Part shown: positions 11,726-22,796 of the stretch, piece by piece
Layout of the letters: each line of letters starts with the position of its first letter
Position numbering within the stretch: the stretch's first letter is position 1
Assembly: GCF_006345805.1 (NCBI RefSeq)
Contig: NW_021836815.1
Span: forward strand, 1 to 37,321
Direction: 5' to 3'
DNA: 37,321 bases
Origin: Octopus sinensis
Taxonomy: Eukaryota
The notes under the pieces: generated by a model
Seen by the model: only the letters and a program-made list of their open reading frames with translations
What the model was told of the DNA's origin: nothing
Database searches by the model: none
Made by a program: the position numbers and the translations under genes

Positions 11726-12499
11726 TTGCAATTACTGTAATTTAGTATTTTCTTAAGAAGATTTTAGTCCATGTGTATGGGGGTTTGTGAATGAAAAAAG
11801 TATCAATAGGTAGAAAAATCTAAGGGGAAGTAATTGGTGATAGTTATTATTCGTGACAGGGGAACTAATTGTTCATTTTATGGAGACGGGATAAATGAAT
11901 ATACAAAAACTAAAAAGCCAAAGTAGTGAGATGAAATATATTCTATATCATAAATGAAATACATTATATATATGTGTGTGTGTGTATACAACCTTTCTCT
12001 GAGATCCATTGATGGTTAGCTAGACTGACAGACTGACAGACTGACAGACAGTGAGATAGACAGACAGGTATTAATATAAACATTGTCAATATTTAAACTG
12101 ATACATTCTCCCAATTAACCAGATTACAAAGCATGCGCTATCGGTATTTCTAATTCGACAATAATGTGTTTATGAGAGCAATATTGATGATTGTGACATT
12201 AACGATGGGGGTTATTGCAATCTGCACTCAGTATGTATGTTCTGAAGACTATTTACGGCTCTTAATTAGTACACTGTGCTAATTAGTGGCTCATCAATTT
12301 AATAATAATTGTAGCTGTATTAATTATTCTTAGGATAAAATGTGACAGTTCCCATAATTATGAAGGAATCGTTATAGTACCGTTTTTGTTGTGTTTTAAC
12401 AATAATAATTTGATATTGGTATTTACCCCATGGGAGAAACTTCATACAGTATTGCAGGCAATGGAAACACTAAATAATTATAATGAATTTACTCTAACC

Positions 12500-13111
12500 A
12501 TTAATACACCGATTGAAGTTTTATACTAGTTGATTATACAGTGCTATCGACGAGAGCCTCTATATGGTTTCTAGGTTTGCTAGATATATCAACCAAATCT
12601 TATTCAAATGCAACTTCGATTTAACTATTCATAAACACGTGATGCCCTGGAAGCAGGGCCACTTGCGACCCCAACCGTTACCATTAATATTCTTCCTACA
12701 TATTTTAATACACCCATTGAAGTTTTATACTAGTTGATTACACAAGCCATTGACGAGAGCCTCTATATGGTTTCTAGGTCTGCTAGATACATCAACCAAA
12801 TCTTATTCAAATGCAACTTCGATTTAATTATTCATAAATACGTGATGCTCTGGAAGTAGGGCCACTTGCGACCCCAACCATTACCATTAATATTATTCCT
12901 ACATATTTTGATACTCCCATTGAAGTTTTATACTAGTTGATTACACAAGCCATTGATGAGAGCCTCTATATGGTTTCTAGGTCTGCTAGATATATCAACC
13001 AAATCTTATTCAAATGCAACTTCGATTTAACTATTCATAAACACGTGATGCCCTGGAAACAGCGGCACTTGCGACAGCAACTATTACCATTAATATTATT
13101 CCTACATATTT
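12500..13111. repeat. Tandem repeat, 3 copies of a 203-204-bp unit
   Basis: attgaagttttatactagttgatta recurs at 12512, 12716 and 12919. Confidence 0.95.
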
Positions 13112-13924
13112 GCCTATCAGGGTCTTGCTGTTGTTGCTATCTCTATAGCTGTCTCTGCTACCACCCGGTTTTCCGGTTTTTCCACCCGTCTCTTTCTGAT
13201 TGCTTCGATTTCAGCTCGTGCTTCCATGGTATGATTTTTACACGATTCTGAAATTCCACTCTGTGTAGTAAATAGTTTCTTTGTCCTGCGCCACTAGTAT
13301 GATCCATCTTTTGTCCGCTCCCACAAGGTAGTAAAGCTCTGGCGTTTCCTTGTAGTCATCAAACGTCATTAGGACTCGTAGGTTCGTGTAGACTTCACTC
13401 TACCTGGACTCATAATATTGTGATTCACCTACTGTTTACCAGAGCTATAGCCCAAAAGAGACAATGCTCCAATGATCCACGTCTACACTCAGATCTCTCA
13501 TCATGAACTGTATATGTATCTTCTGCTCGTGTACTGCTTTACCATTTTATAATTTTATATCAAGATTTGCAACGCATGCGTCTGGCCTGCCTCCTTATCT
13601 TATCATCAATGCTAAAAAAGTACATAGCTCGAATTGTAGAGAAAGATAAAGAAAGAATAGAGAAAGAGAAAAAGAGAGGGCGAAACAGAGAGAGGTGGAG
13701 GATATGATAGAGAAATGAAAAAAAAAAATAGACACAGGAGCTCGAGGAAAATAGTAATTCTTTTTTTGGCACAATTGGTGAGTTGGCCTGATTTTCGATT
13801 CAACACCAGGTGTCGCGTGTACGGAATTTTAGCGCGAAAGGGACACATTGAAGCGGTAGTCTGCAGATTAAGTACTAAATGTCATCTAGATAGGAGAGAA
13901 AAAACAACAGTAGATTCTCGTTCA

Positions 13925-14405
13925 TATACACACATATACATACATACATACATATGTATATATACGTATATACGTGCGTATATGCATATATAAGTATTTG
14001 TATATATACCTATATATACGTATATATATGTGCGTGTGTGTATATACGCATTTATGTATATATATGTATGCATATATGTATGTACATATGTGTATGTATA
14101 TGTATGTATATATATATATGTGTATATATATATATATGTATATATATATATGTAATATATATATATATGTATATATGTATATATATATATATATATTATA
14201 TATATGTATATATATATATATGTATATATAATATATATGTATATATATGTATATATATATATATGTATATATATATGCATATATATATGTATATATATAT
14301 GCATATATATATATGCATATATATATATGTATATATATCTATGCATATATATATATGCATATATATATATATACACATATATATACGTACATATAAATTA
14401 CATAT

Positions 14406-14447
<42 letters not shown>

Positions 14448-14548
14448 ATATGTAATATATATGTACGTATATATATGTGTATATATATATATGCATATAT
14501 ATATGCATAATATATATATACACATATATACGTACATATATATTACAT

Positions 14549-14588
<40 letters not shown>

Positions 14589-14595
14589 ATATGTA
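13925..14595. repeat. Compound (TA)n/(TATG)n/(CATA)n microsatellite with a higher-order duplication
   Basis: Direct reading. The block acatatatatacgtacatata..ttacatattg..tacacacaatatgta occurs twice (about 14374 and 14520). Confidence 0.95.
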
Positions 14596-15083
14596 GCGTG
14601 CTTGATGTATGCACTTTGGCGTGCATAATTTTCCTCGTATTCTCTTGTACATAAAACATTTTTTTATCTTCTGGCTTACATACCTACAAAAACATCATTT
14701 TGTTGATAACACGCTTTGATAAGCGCGTTTTGTTTTCCGCACGCCATTTTATGCCTATTTTGCGTTATATGTGCATACTTTCGTATACTCCGACTCCCAT
14801 ACTGTGATACGGAAGAATATATATTTTATGGTGCATAATAATCCCATAACTATATTTCATGGTTCATATCTGTATTCTTGAATATTCTATAAATGATATT
14901 TACTGACGAACATATTCTACACACCACAAACATAAAACCTTCTGAAACCGATGAAATCATATTAACCCTCCTGATATCAACTAATTGAAACTTCATCTGA
15001 GTTTACGATGCAAGCTTCCTGTTTTAAAGTGAGCTCCATCAAAATTTCATGTAAAATTATGTTCTAAACACTGGTTGAATAAT

Positions 15084-15302
15084 CCTTTCTACTGTTAACA
15101 CAAGGCCTGAAATTTTGGGGGGAAGGCAGCTCGTCGATTATATCGCCTGCAGTGCGTAACTGGTACTTATTTCATCCACCCAGAAAGCATGAATGGCAAA
15201 GTCGACCTCGGCGGAATTTGAACTCAGAACGTCTTTAAGACTGACGAAATGATGCTGATCATTTTTTCCGGCGTGCTAACGATTCTGCCAGCTCGCCGCC
15301 TT
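15084..15302 (-). mobile_element. SINE family A monomer ending in tail T2
   Basis: Full head and body. 16-bp TSD with 2 mismatches: acactggttgaataat 15068-15083 and acactagtttaataat 15303-15318. Confidence 0.88.
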
Positions 15303-15384
15303 ACACTAGTTTAATAATGACAAAATTATTTTATAAAATTTCGAATTTAATCTACACAAATGCAGAGTATTTCAACAGTAGGAA

Positions 15385-15522
15385 TGGCTTGCTTACGAAC
15401 CACATGGTTCCGGGTTCAGTCCCACTGCGTGGCACTTTGGGCAAGTATATTCCCTTGGGCCGACTAAAGCCTTTTGAGTGGATTTCGTAGATGGAAACTG
15501 AAAGAAGTCCGTCGTATATATG

Positions 15523-15585
<63 letters not shown>

Positions 15586-15811
15586 GTGTGTTTGTTTGTG
15601 TGTCTGTGTTTGTCCCCCCCAACATCGCTTGACAACCGATGCTGGTGTGTTTACGTCCCCATAACTTAGCGGTTCGGCAAAAGAGACCGATAGAATAAGT
15701 ACTAGGCTTACAAAGAATAAGTCCCGGGGTCGATTTGCTCGACTAAAGGCGGTGCTCCAGCATGGCCACAGTCAAATGACTGAAACAAGTAAAAGAGTAA
15801 GAGTAAAAGAG
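15385..15811 (+). mobile_element. SINE family B, 5' end eroded
   Basis: gggttcagtccc B box, ttgggcaagt block, expanded internal (TA)(TG)n, intact tail. Confidence 0.9.
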
Positions 15812-15923
15812 TATGTATGTATGTATGTATGTATATGTGTGTGTGTATGTATGTATGTATGTATGTACGTATGTATGTATGTATGTATGTATGTATGTAC
15901 GTACGTATGTATGTATGTATGTA

Positions 15924-15958
<35 letters not shown>

Positions 15959-16040
15959 ATGTATGTCTGTCTGTCTGTGTGTATGTATGTATGTATGTAT
16001 GTATGTATGTATGTATGTATGTATGTATATATGTATGTAT
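15812..16040. repeat. (TATG)n compound microsatellite
   Basis: Direct reading; directly follows the SINE B tail. Confidence 0.97.
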
Positions 16041-16570
16041 AATTTGCTTTAAGTGATTGAAAGAAATATGGCGTATTCTGTCGTACTTACACACACGATG
16101 CTTTCAAAACGTTCTGTATTTTAGTTGGTGTGAATTGATTTATGATAAAAAGTTTTACGTTATTGCCTTATCGAAACGTAACAACAATACAACTAATATA
16201 GGTTCAAACATATGTAAGTAAATACATATGTGTGTGTGTGGCGGGGGGGATGGGGGTGGGGGTTCAAAAAATAAGCATGACACGCAAAAATGCTTGGAAT
16301 TTTGTATATATATATATCAGATATTTTTAACCACCTCATTTTTTTTTTTTTTGTACCCCGTTCATATTTATCAGTGCTCCAATCTATATCAAACCAATAT
16401 GCTGCATTACCGCAAATGGTAATAATTATTTTTTTTTTTCACTCTTGGAATGTTTTTTTCTTTGTTTTTTTTTAATATATATTTGAAATATGCCATTGCT
16501 CAATTAAAGTTGAAGAATTCATCGTCGTCGTTGTTGTTGTTGTTGTTATTGTTGTTGTTGTTGTTGGGGG

Positions 16571-16800
16571 GGGGCAGAGCAGGCAGAATCGGTAAGTGCA
16601 TCTGACCTTAATGCTCAACATCATTTCTTCCAGCTTTTCTTCAAGTTTTCAAGTTCGAATCACGCCAAGCTTTAACTTTGCCTTTCGTCCTTCCAAGAAC
16701 GACAAAAATAATGTACCAGTTAAGTACTGGACACTCTGATCGACTTGGCCCCCTCCCCTCAAACGAGCTGGTTTTGAACCAAAACTTAGAAAAAAATTAT
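16571..16800 (+). mobile_element. Old diverged SINE family A copy
   Basis: gcaggcagaatcggtaag...aagttcgaatcacgcc...actttgcctttcgtccttcc...accagttaagtactgg. Confidence 0.7.
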
Positions 16801-16822
16801 TGTTATTAGTATTGTTGTTGCT

Positions 16823-17043
16823 TAAGGCAGCGAGCTGGCAGAATCGTTAGCACGCTGGGCGAATTGCTTGGCAGTATTTCACCCGCCGCTATGTTCTGAG
16901 CTCAAGTCCCGCCGCGGTCGACTTTGTCTTTCATCCTTTCGGGGTCGATTAAATAAATACCAGTTATGCACTGGAGTCGATATAATCGACTAGTCCCCAC
17001 CCACCAAGATTTCAGGCCTTGTGCCTATAGGAGAAAGAATTAC
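16823..17043 (+). mobile_element. SINE family A monomer, tail T2
   Basis: Full head and body. Probable low-complexity TSD tattgttgttg at 16810-16820 and 17044-17054. Confidence 0.88.
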
Positions 17044-17301
17044 TATTGTTGTTGTTTTTATTAAAATTAAAGCAACTAAACAATCATTCGCTTCGTAAAT
17101 ATTTGTTCTCGGGATTCTTTTATGTAGATTAAAAAAGAAAACAATAAAAGGAAATTCAAATTCAAATTTACAATCACCCAGTCGCAAAACGTGGGCTTGT
17201 AAGTCATAAGCATAAGCACCACCCTAAACAAATACCACAATTTCGCTAGCGTTACAAGCAAAACTTATACATACAAGCAAAACATATACATATATACATA
17301 C

Positions 17302-17530
17302 CTATTTGTTTTCACTACCCACAAGGGGCTAAACACAGAAGGGACAAACAAGGGCAGACAAACGGATTAAGTCGATTATATTGACCCCAGTGCGTAATTG
17401 GTACTTATTTAATCCATCTCGAAAGGATGAAAGTCGACCTCGGCGGAATTTGAACTTAGAACGTAATGGCAAACGAAATACAGCTATGCATTTCGCCCGG
17501 CGTGCTAACGTTTCTGCCGGCTTGCCGCCT
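17302..17530 (-). mobile_element. SINE family A monomer, tail T1
   Basis: Full head and body. 9-bp TSD tatacatac at 17293-17301 and 17531-17539. Confidence 0.9.
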
Positions 17531-17537
17531 TATACAT

Positions 17538-17631
17538 ACAAAGAATAAGTCCTGGGATCGATTTGCTCGACTAAAGGCAGTGATCCAGCATGGGTATGGT
17601 GAAATGACTGAAACTAATAAAAAGAGTAAAA
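17538..17631 (+). mobile_element. SINE family B 3' fragment
   Basis: acaaagaataagtcctgggatcgatttgctcgactaaaggc...atgactgaaac. Confidence 0.8.
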
Positions 17632-18369
17632 GTGTGTGTTTGTATATGTGTGAGCATGCAGCTTGTGTGTATGTATGTGCTTGTGTGTGTGTGTCTGTTT
17701 GTACGTATGCATGCATGCATGTATGTATGTATGTATGCTCCAGGTATATGTATGTGTATATTTGTGTGTATGTTGTGTGTACTCGTGTGTATGTGTGTGT
17801 TGTGTGTGCTTATGCGCGCTCGTGATTGTATATGTGCCCGCACTTGCGCGGAAGTGTGTGTTCGCGTACGCGTATGTGTGTGTCTGTTTAAGAGACTTTA
17901 AAACTCGAACGCATAGCGAAAGGCTATAAAAACAATCCACTCCACAATGGCGCTATTGTAAACACGGGTTTAGATTTATGTTCAAAAATACATAAATGCG
18001 AATGTACAGTAGAATAGGAAATAATCTCATATTTCGAGGATAGCCCCGCTGTATCAGTAAATCTGTCCTGTCTTCTCTATCTCGACAATGGTATTTATCA
18101 TTATAAGTGCGGTGGTAATTTATCGTTGGAACTATTATTGGTGATAGTGGTGACGATTTAGTGTCGTCCGAGTGATGATGTGTCGCATACATTCTTGACA
18201 TAATAACGAAACAGGGTAATGATCAATTGATGGCTTTCGGGATAATAATAATTCATAGAGTTCCTATGATATTGCTATGGATAAGAGAATAACAAATTCT
18301 TTGTTTTATGTTGTTGTTTTCTTGTAGTGGAGGTGGTGGTGGGTCTTACTTTTTTTTCTCTCTGCCGTG

Positions 18370-18733
18370 AAGTAAAGCGCGCTTTTGCAACCACATGGTT
18401 TTGGGTTCGGCTCCAATCAGCGGCACCCTGGAGAAATATCTTCTGCAGAAGCACCGGGTCGATCACAATACCTGGTGAGTGAATCTAGTAGACAGAAATT
18501 GTATGGAATCCCATATTGTATATTCTTTTATTCTTTTACATGTCTCAGTCATTTCACTGTGGCCATGATGGAACATGGTATTAAAGGGGTTTTTTTTAAC
18601 CGAAGAAATCGACCCCAGGACTTATTCTTTACAAGCGTAGTATTTATTCTATTGGTCACCATCGGTAGTCAAGCGATGGTGGAGGGACGAACATAGACAC
18701 AAAAACATACACATAAACACATACACACACACA

Positions 18734-18765
<32 letters not shown>

Positions 18766-18820
18766 TATATATACATATACACACGACGGGCCGCTTTCAG
18801 TCTCCGTTTACCAAATCCAC
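18370..18820. mobile_element. Two diverged SINE B pieces: 5' half on + (about 18370-18520) and 3' half on - (about 18525-18820)
   Basis: aaccacatggttttgggttcggctcc head on +. ctcagtcatttcactgtggccatg tail and tttcagtctccgtttaccaaatccac on -. Confidence 0.7.
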
Positions 18821-18893
18821 ATACATATATATGTGTGTGTGTGTGCATATATATATATATATATATAATTTATAGTAATAAAACCAAACCAAA

Positions 18894-18974
18894 GTATTTA
18901 TTACGCACGTTTCAGATCTTGCATAATATAATGGAAAATACAGCAGTTTACGCAAGACTTTCTTCAGTAAATAC
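18894..18974 (-). ncRNA. Candidate type I hammerhead ribozyme with canonical core
   Basis: Minus strand reads GTATTTA CTGAAGA AAGTCTTGCGTAA (21-nt loop) TTATGCAAGATCT GAA ACGTGCGT A a TAAATAC. 7-bp stem I (one extra A after the cleavage site), stem II with 12 of 13 positions paired, near-palindromic stem III, GUA triplet. Confidence 0.7.
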
Positions 18975-19002
18975 ATTTCAAAATATATGTTGATGTTGGT
19001 GG

Positions 19003-19403
19003 TGATGACAAATCACCTGCTATAATGGTTTGCACCTTTGACACACCAACAAAAATTTGTAGAAGTGGGGTTAGTCGATCAATTAACCCACTACTCGATG
19101 GGTATATCTTATTGACCATTGAGTGATGACTTCGGCGGGATTTGAACTTTAGAACGAGAATTACTGTTTTATCCGACACTTGTACGATTCTATCGATTAA
19201 TGATGACAAATCATCTGCTATAATGGTTTGCACCTTTGACACACCAACAGAAATATGTAGACGTGGGGTTAGTCGATCAATTAACCCACTACTCGATGGG
19301 TATATCTTATTGACCATTGAGTGATGACTTCGACGGGATGTGAACTTTAGAACGAGAATTACTGTTTTATCCGACACTTGTACGATTCTATCGATTAATG
19401 ATG
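19003..19403 (-). repeat. Tandem duplication (2 x 198 bp) containing an old SINE A body
   Basis: tgatgacaaatca at 19003 and 19201. The units are nearly identical and contain cttcggcgggatttgaactttagaacg (SINE A body, minus strand). Confidence 0.92.
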
Positions 19404-19619
19404 GTATGGCATAAAGAGCGACGAACAAAATACTTTCCAGTGTTTTAACTACAATTCATAAGATTCTGAGTACAAACTCAGCCAACGCTTATTTGGAACA
19501 TCATCCTTTTGCATTTGTCAAAATACCAGCTACATACTGGGGTACACGGAGTTGAATATCTCCTATATTTATGACTGCGAGCCAGTTCTGGAAACCAATG
19601 TGTATTCTTTTATTTTTTT

Positions 19620-19830
19620 TTATTTTTTGAATGGTTTCAGTCATTTGACTGTGGCCACGCTGGAGCACAGCGTTAAAGGGCTTTTAATCAAACACATCGA
19701 ATCCAGGACTTTTTTCTAAAATCCAAGTACTTAGTCATCGGTTTTTTGCCGATATACAAGTATTACGGGGACTAAACACACCAAGCAGTGATAGGGAGAC
19801 AAACACCCCACCTCCACACACACATATAAG
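19620..19830 (-). mobile_element. Diverged SINE family B 3' half
   Basis: tttcagtcatttgactgtggccacgctggagcac tail; ttacgggg..taaacacacca block. Confidence 0.75.
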
Positions 19831-19970
19831 GAAAAGAAGGATGAAAATATTCACTGGCTCCACTGTTAAATACCCAATTTTGCAGAGAAATCCTAACAAA
19901 TTGCATGGGTATATATTAAATTTATTAAAAAAAAGAATAGAAAATGGAGATATATATAACAATTTACCCT

Positions 19971-20086
19971 CGTGGAGCTTAGGTGTTTTGCTCAAGAAAC
20001 ACTCACAATGCTCAGTCTGGGAATGGAAACCGCGTTCTTACGACCGCGAGTTCGCTGCTCTAACCACAGGGCCATCGCATCCCCAC
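19971..20086 (-). mobile_element. SINE family C head fragment
   Basis: Similar to 2205-2321 (ggagcttaggtgtttt...aaaccgcgttc...ctaaccacagggccat). Confidence 0.75.
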
Positions 20087-20419
20087 TGCGGTATTGCTGG
20101 CGAAATAAGGAATAGAGAAACGCAATGATAACATGAAAGTATACGGGGGAGACGCGGAAGGAGAAAAGAGGTCTCGATAAGTTGAAACCACGTCGACAAT
20201 TAGACAATAAATAAATAATAATACGTATGCAATGATATCTATACATATAAACAACAATAATGAAGGCGTTAAGGCAATGAGGGTTTTGGAAAGACCTTAT
20301 CTTGAAATCTCATTTATGACGTAGATGTTTTGGTCGGGATCAATGGTTTTGACCTGCTGAGTCTCAAACTCTCGTTGTTCTTCAGATTGTTAATATGATA
20401 TTATTTGGAGTTTGGGAGT

Positions 20420-20494
20420 GTGTGTGTGTATATATATGTATGAGTGAATATGTATGTTCGTATGTATGTGTGTGTATATATATCTCTCTCTCTC

Positions 20495-20546
<52 letters not shown>

Positions 20547-20635
20547 AATATATATATATATATATACGTACACATATATATATATACATACATACATATA
20601 TACACACATACATACATATATATACACATACATAC

Positions 20636-20668
<33 letters not shown>

Positions 20669-20805
20669 CACGTACATATATATATACGCATATATATATA
20701 CTTACATATATATATATACATATACACATACATAATATATATACATACACACACACACACATATATATATATACATACATACATGCTTGCATACATGCTT
20801 GCATG

Positions 20806-20839
<34 letters not shown>

Positions 20840-20870
20840 TATCATTGCATGCATACAGATAGATATGTAT
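20420..20870. repeat. Compound (TA)n/(CATA)n/(CA)n microsatellite
   Basis: Direct reading. Confidence 0.95.
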
Positions 20871-20960
20871 GAATGTGTGGTTGTACAAATATACGCATAC
20901 ACAAATAATTTTTTGTGTGTGTGTAATATATATGTATTCTATAATTAGGGCACATCTGCT

Positions 20961-21007
<47 letters not shown>

Positions 21008-21574
21008 ACACACACACACGCCTTTCTGAAAGTAAATAAATGTGTGGAGATGCGTACGTGCGTTTATCTAAGACACAATCATAATTGCGCAATTACGCGT
21101 GTATTGTAAATAGATAACGTGCAACATATTAGATAACAAATGTCTGTGGAGTTATTTTATTGTGTATCATGTTATACGTTCGTGTGTGTAATGTATCTAC
21201 TCAAATATCCACACGTACGCATAGATATATATATATATGTGCGGTTGTATTTGGTTTAGTGTGGCCAATAGATACGGGTGTGTTTTAACCTTCCTCGTCC
21301 CGACTTATCCAATGAATCGGGTATTTTTCCTTGAATGTGTTCAATAAGTAATTTGAAATTTAATCAATCAGATCTTTGATAATAATGCTTATGTTGGATG
21401 TTAGGGAACGGAACAAACGAATCGAGATTATATCATACAAATCACAATCGCATGTACACACACATACACACACACATACAAATATGTGATAAAGAGAGTG
21501 TGAGGGTGTTAGCATTGATTATATCGGTTGTTGGGTGTAATCGCGTTATATCACTTATTTTTTATTGTTTATGT

Positions 21575-22188
21575 GTTACGTGCTTCAGTCATTTGACTAT
21601 GGCCATGCTGGGGCACTGCTCTGAAGAATATTTTAGCCGAACTAATCGATTCTGATGCGTGGTTTTCAAAGCCTGGTACTTTATTCTATCTTCCCATTTT
21701 CACGAAACGCTAATTTACGAAGATGTAAACACGGCAAAACTTGTTGTCAAGCAGTGGTAGAAAACAAACAGACACAAAGACACAGACTTACACATGCACT
21801 CACACACACATACATACATATACACACACACACGATGGGCTTCTTTCATTTTCCGTTTACTAAAATCCACTCTTAAGGCTTAGGTCGGCCCGAGGCTACA
21901 GCAGAAGGCACTTGTCCAAGGTGACCCGCAGTAGGATAGAACCCGGAACCGTGGGCGGAAGGACAAACACAAACACATACGCGCGCACACACACACACAC
22001 ACACACACTCACATATATATATATACACAACGGGCTTCTTTCAGTTTCGTTAACCAAACCCACTCACAGGGCTTTGGTCGGCCCGAGGTTATAGTGGAAG
22101 ACACTTGTCCAAGGTGCCACGTAGTGGGACTGAACCCGAGAAGCATGTAGCTAGAAAGTAAGCTTCTTACCACACAGCCACGCCTACA
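21575..22188 (-). mobile_element. SINE family B with a doubled (CA)n+CORE-like module (nested or duplicated)
   Basis: gggcttctttca...ggtcggcccgagg...cacttgtccaaggtg occurs at 21837 and 22032. One tail (about 21580) and one head (about 22188). Confidence 0.8.
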
Positions 22189-22796
22189 CTATGTATGTAT
22201 GTATGTATGTATGTATGTATGTATGTATGTATGTACGTACGTACGTACGTACGTACGTATGTATGTACGTACGTACGTACGTATGTATGTATGTATGCAG
22301 GTATGAATGTATGAAAAAATATTTTGCCATGCTTTATTCCCACGTCAGCAAAGCTTGGCAAATCTATGATCAAAGGAATTCTAACCGTAACTTACCAATT
22401 GTCTTGTATACTACATACCCCGGTATGATCTTACATGCGTAAGAGTGCACAGTATGATTACGCAGAGATTTAGTTTCTATTTCTAGCATGTCAGTGGATC
22501 AGCCTAGTTACACACGTACACGCTTTGTAAACTTACGCAATTTAATACCAGTGAAATGGGATTTTTCTTCGCGGGCATAGTCTTTCTCAAATTACATCTG
22601 GCCATTCTTAAGTAGAGAGATTCAGAATGAACAAGGGAGCTGCGTTAGGAAACAAAATAAAACAAGAAAAAAAGGTAGGTTGATCACGGTTGGATTGACG
22701 GCTTTGATCGTATGACTTCTTGCACAGGTCTCGGATACAGTTAAAAAATTTAAAAGCATTTACGATAAAAAAATACACAGAATACGTCGAATACGT

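Noticed and set aside
9441-13111. 218-bp and 204-bp tandem repeats as possible retrozymes
   Set aside because: No hammerhead core with GAAA on the same strand within either unit.
13542-13610. Minus-strand segment after a long polypyrimidine tract and ttttttag (IDDKIRRQARRMRCKS*)
   Set aside because: All frames stop quickly and there is no recognisable product.
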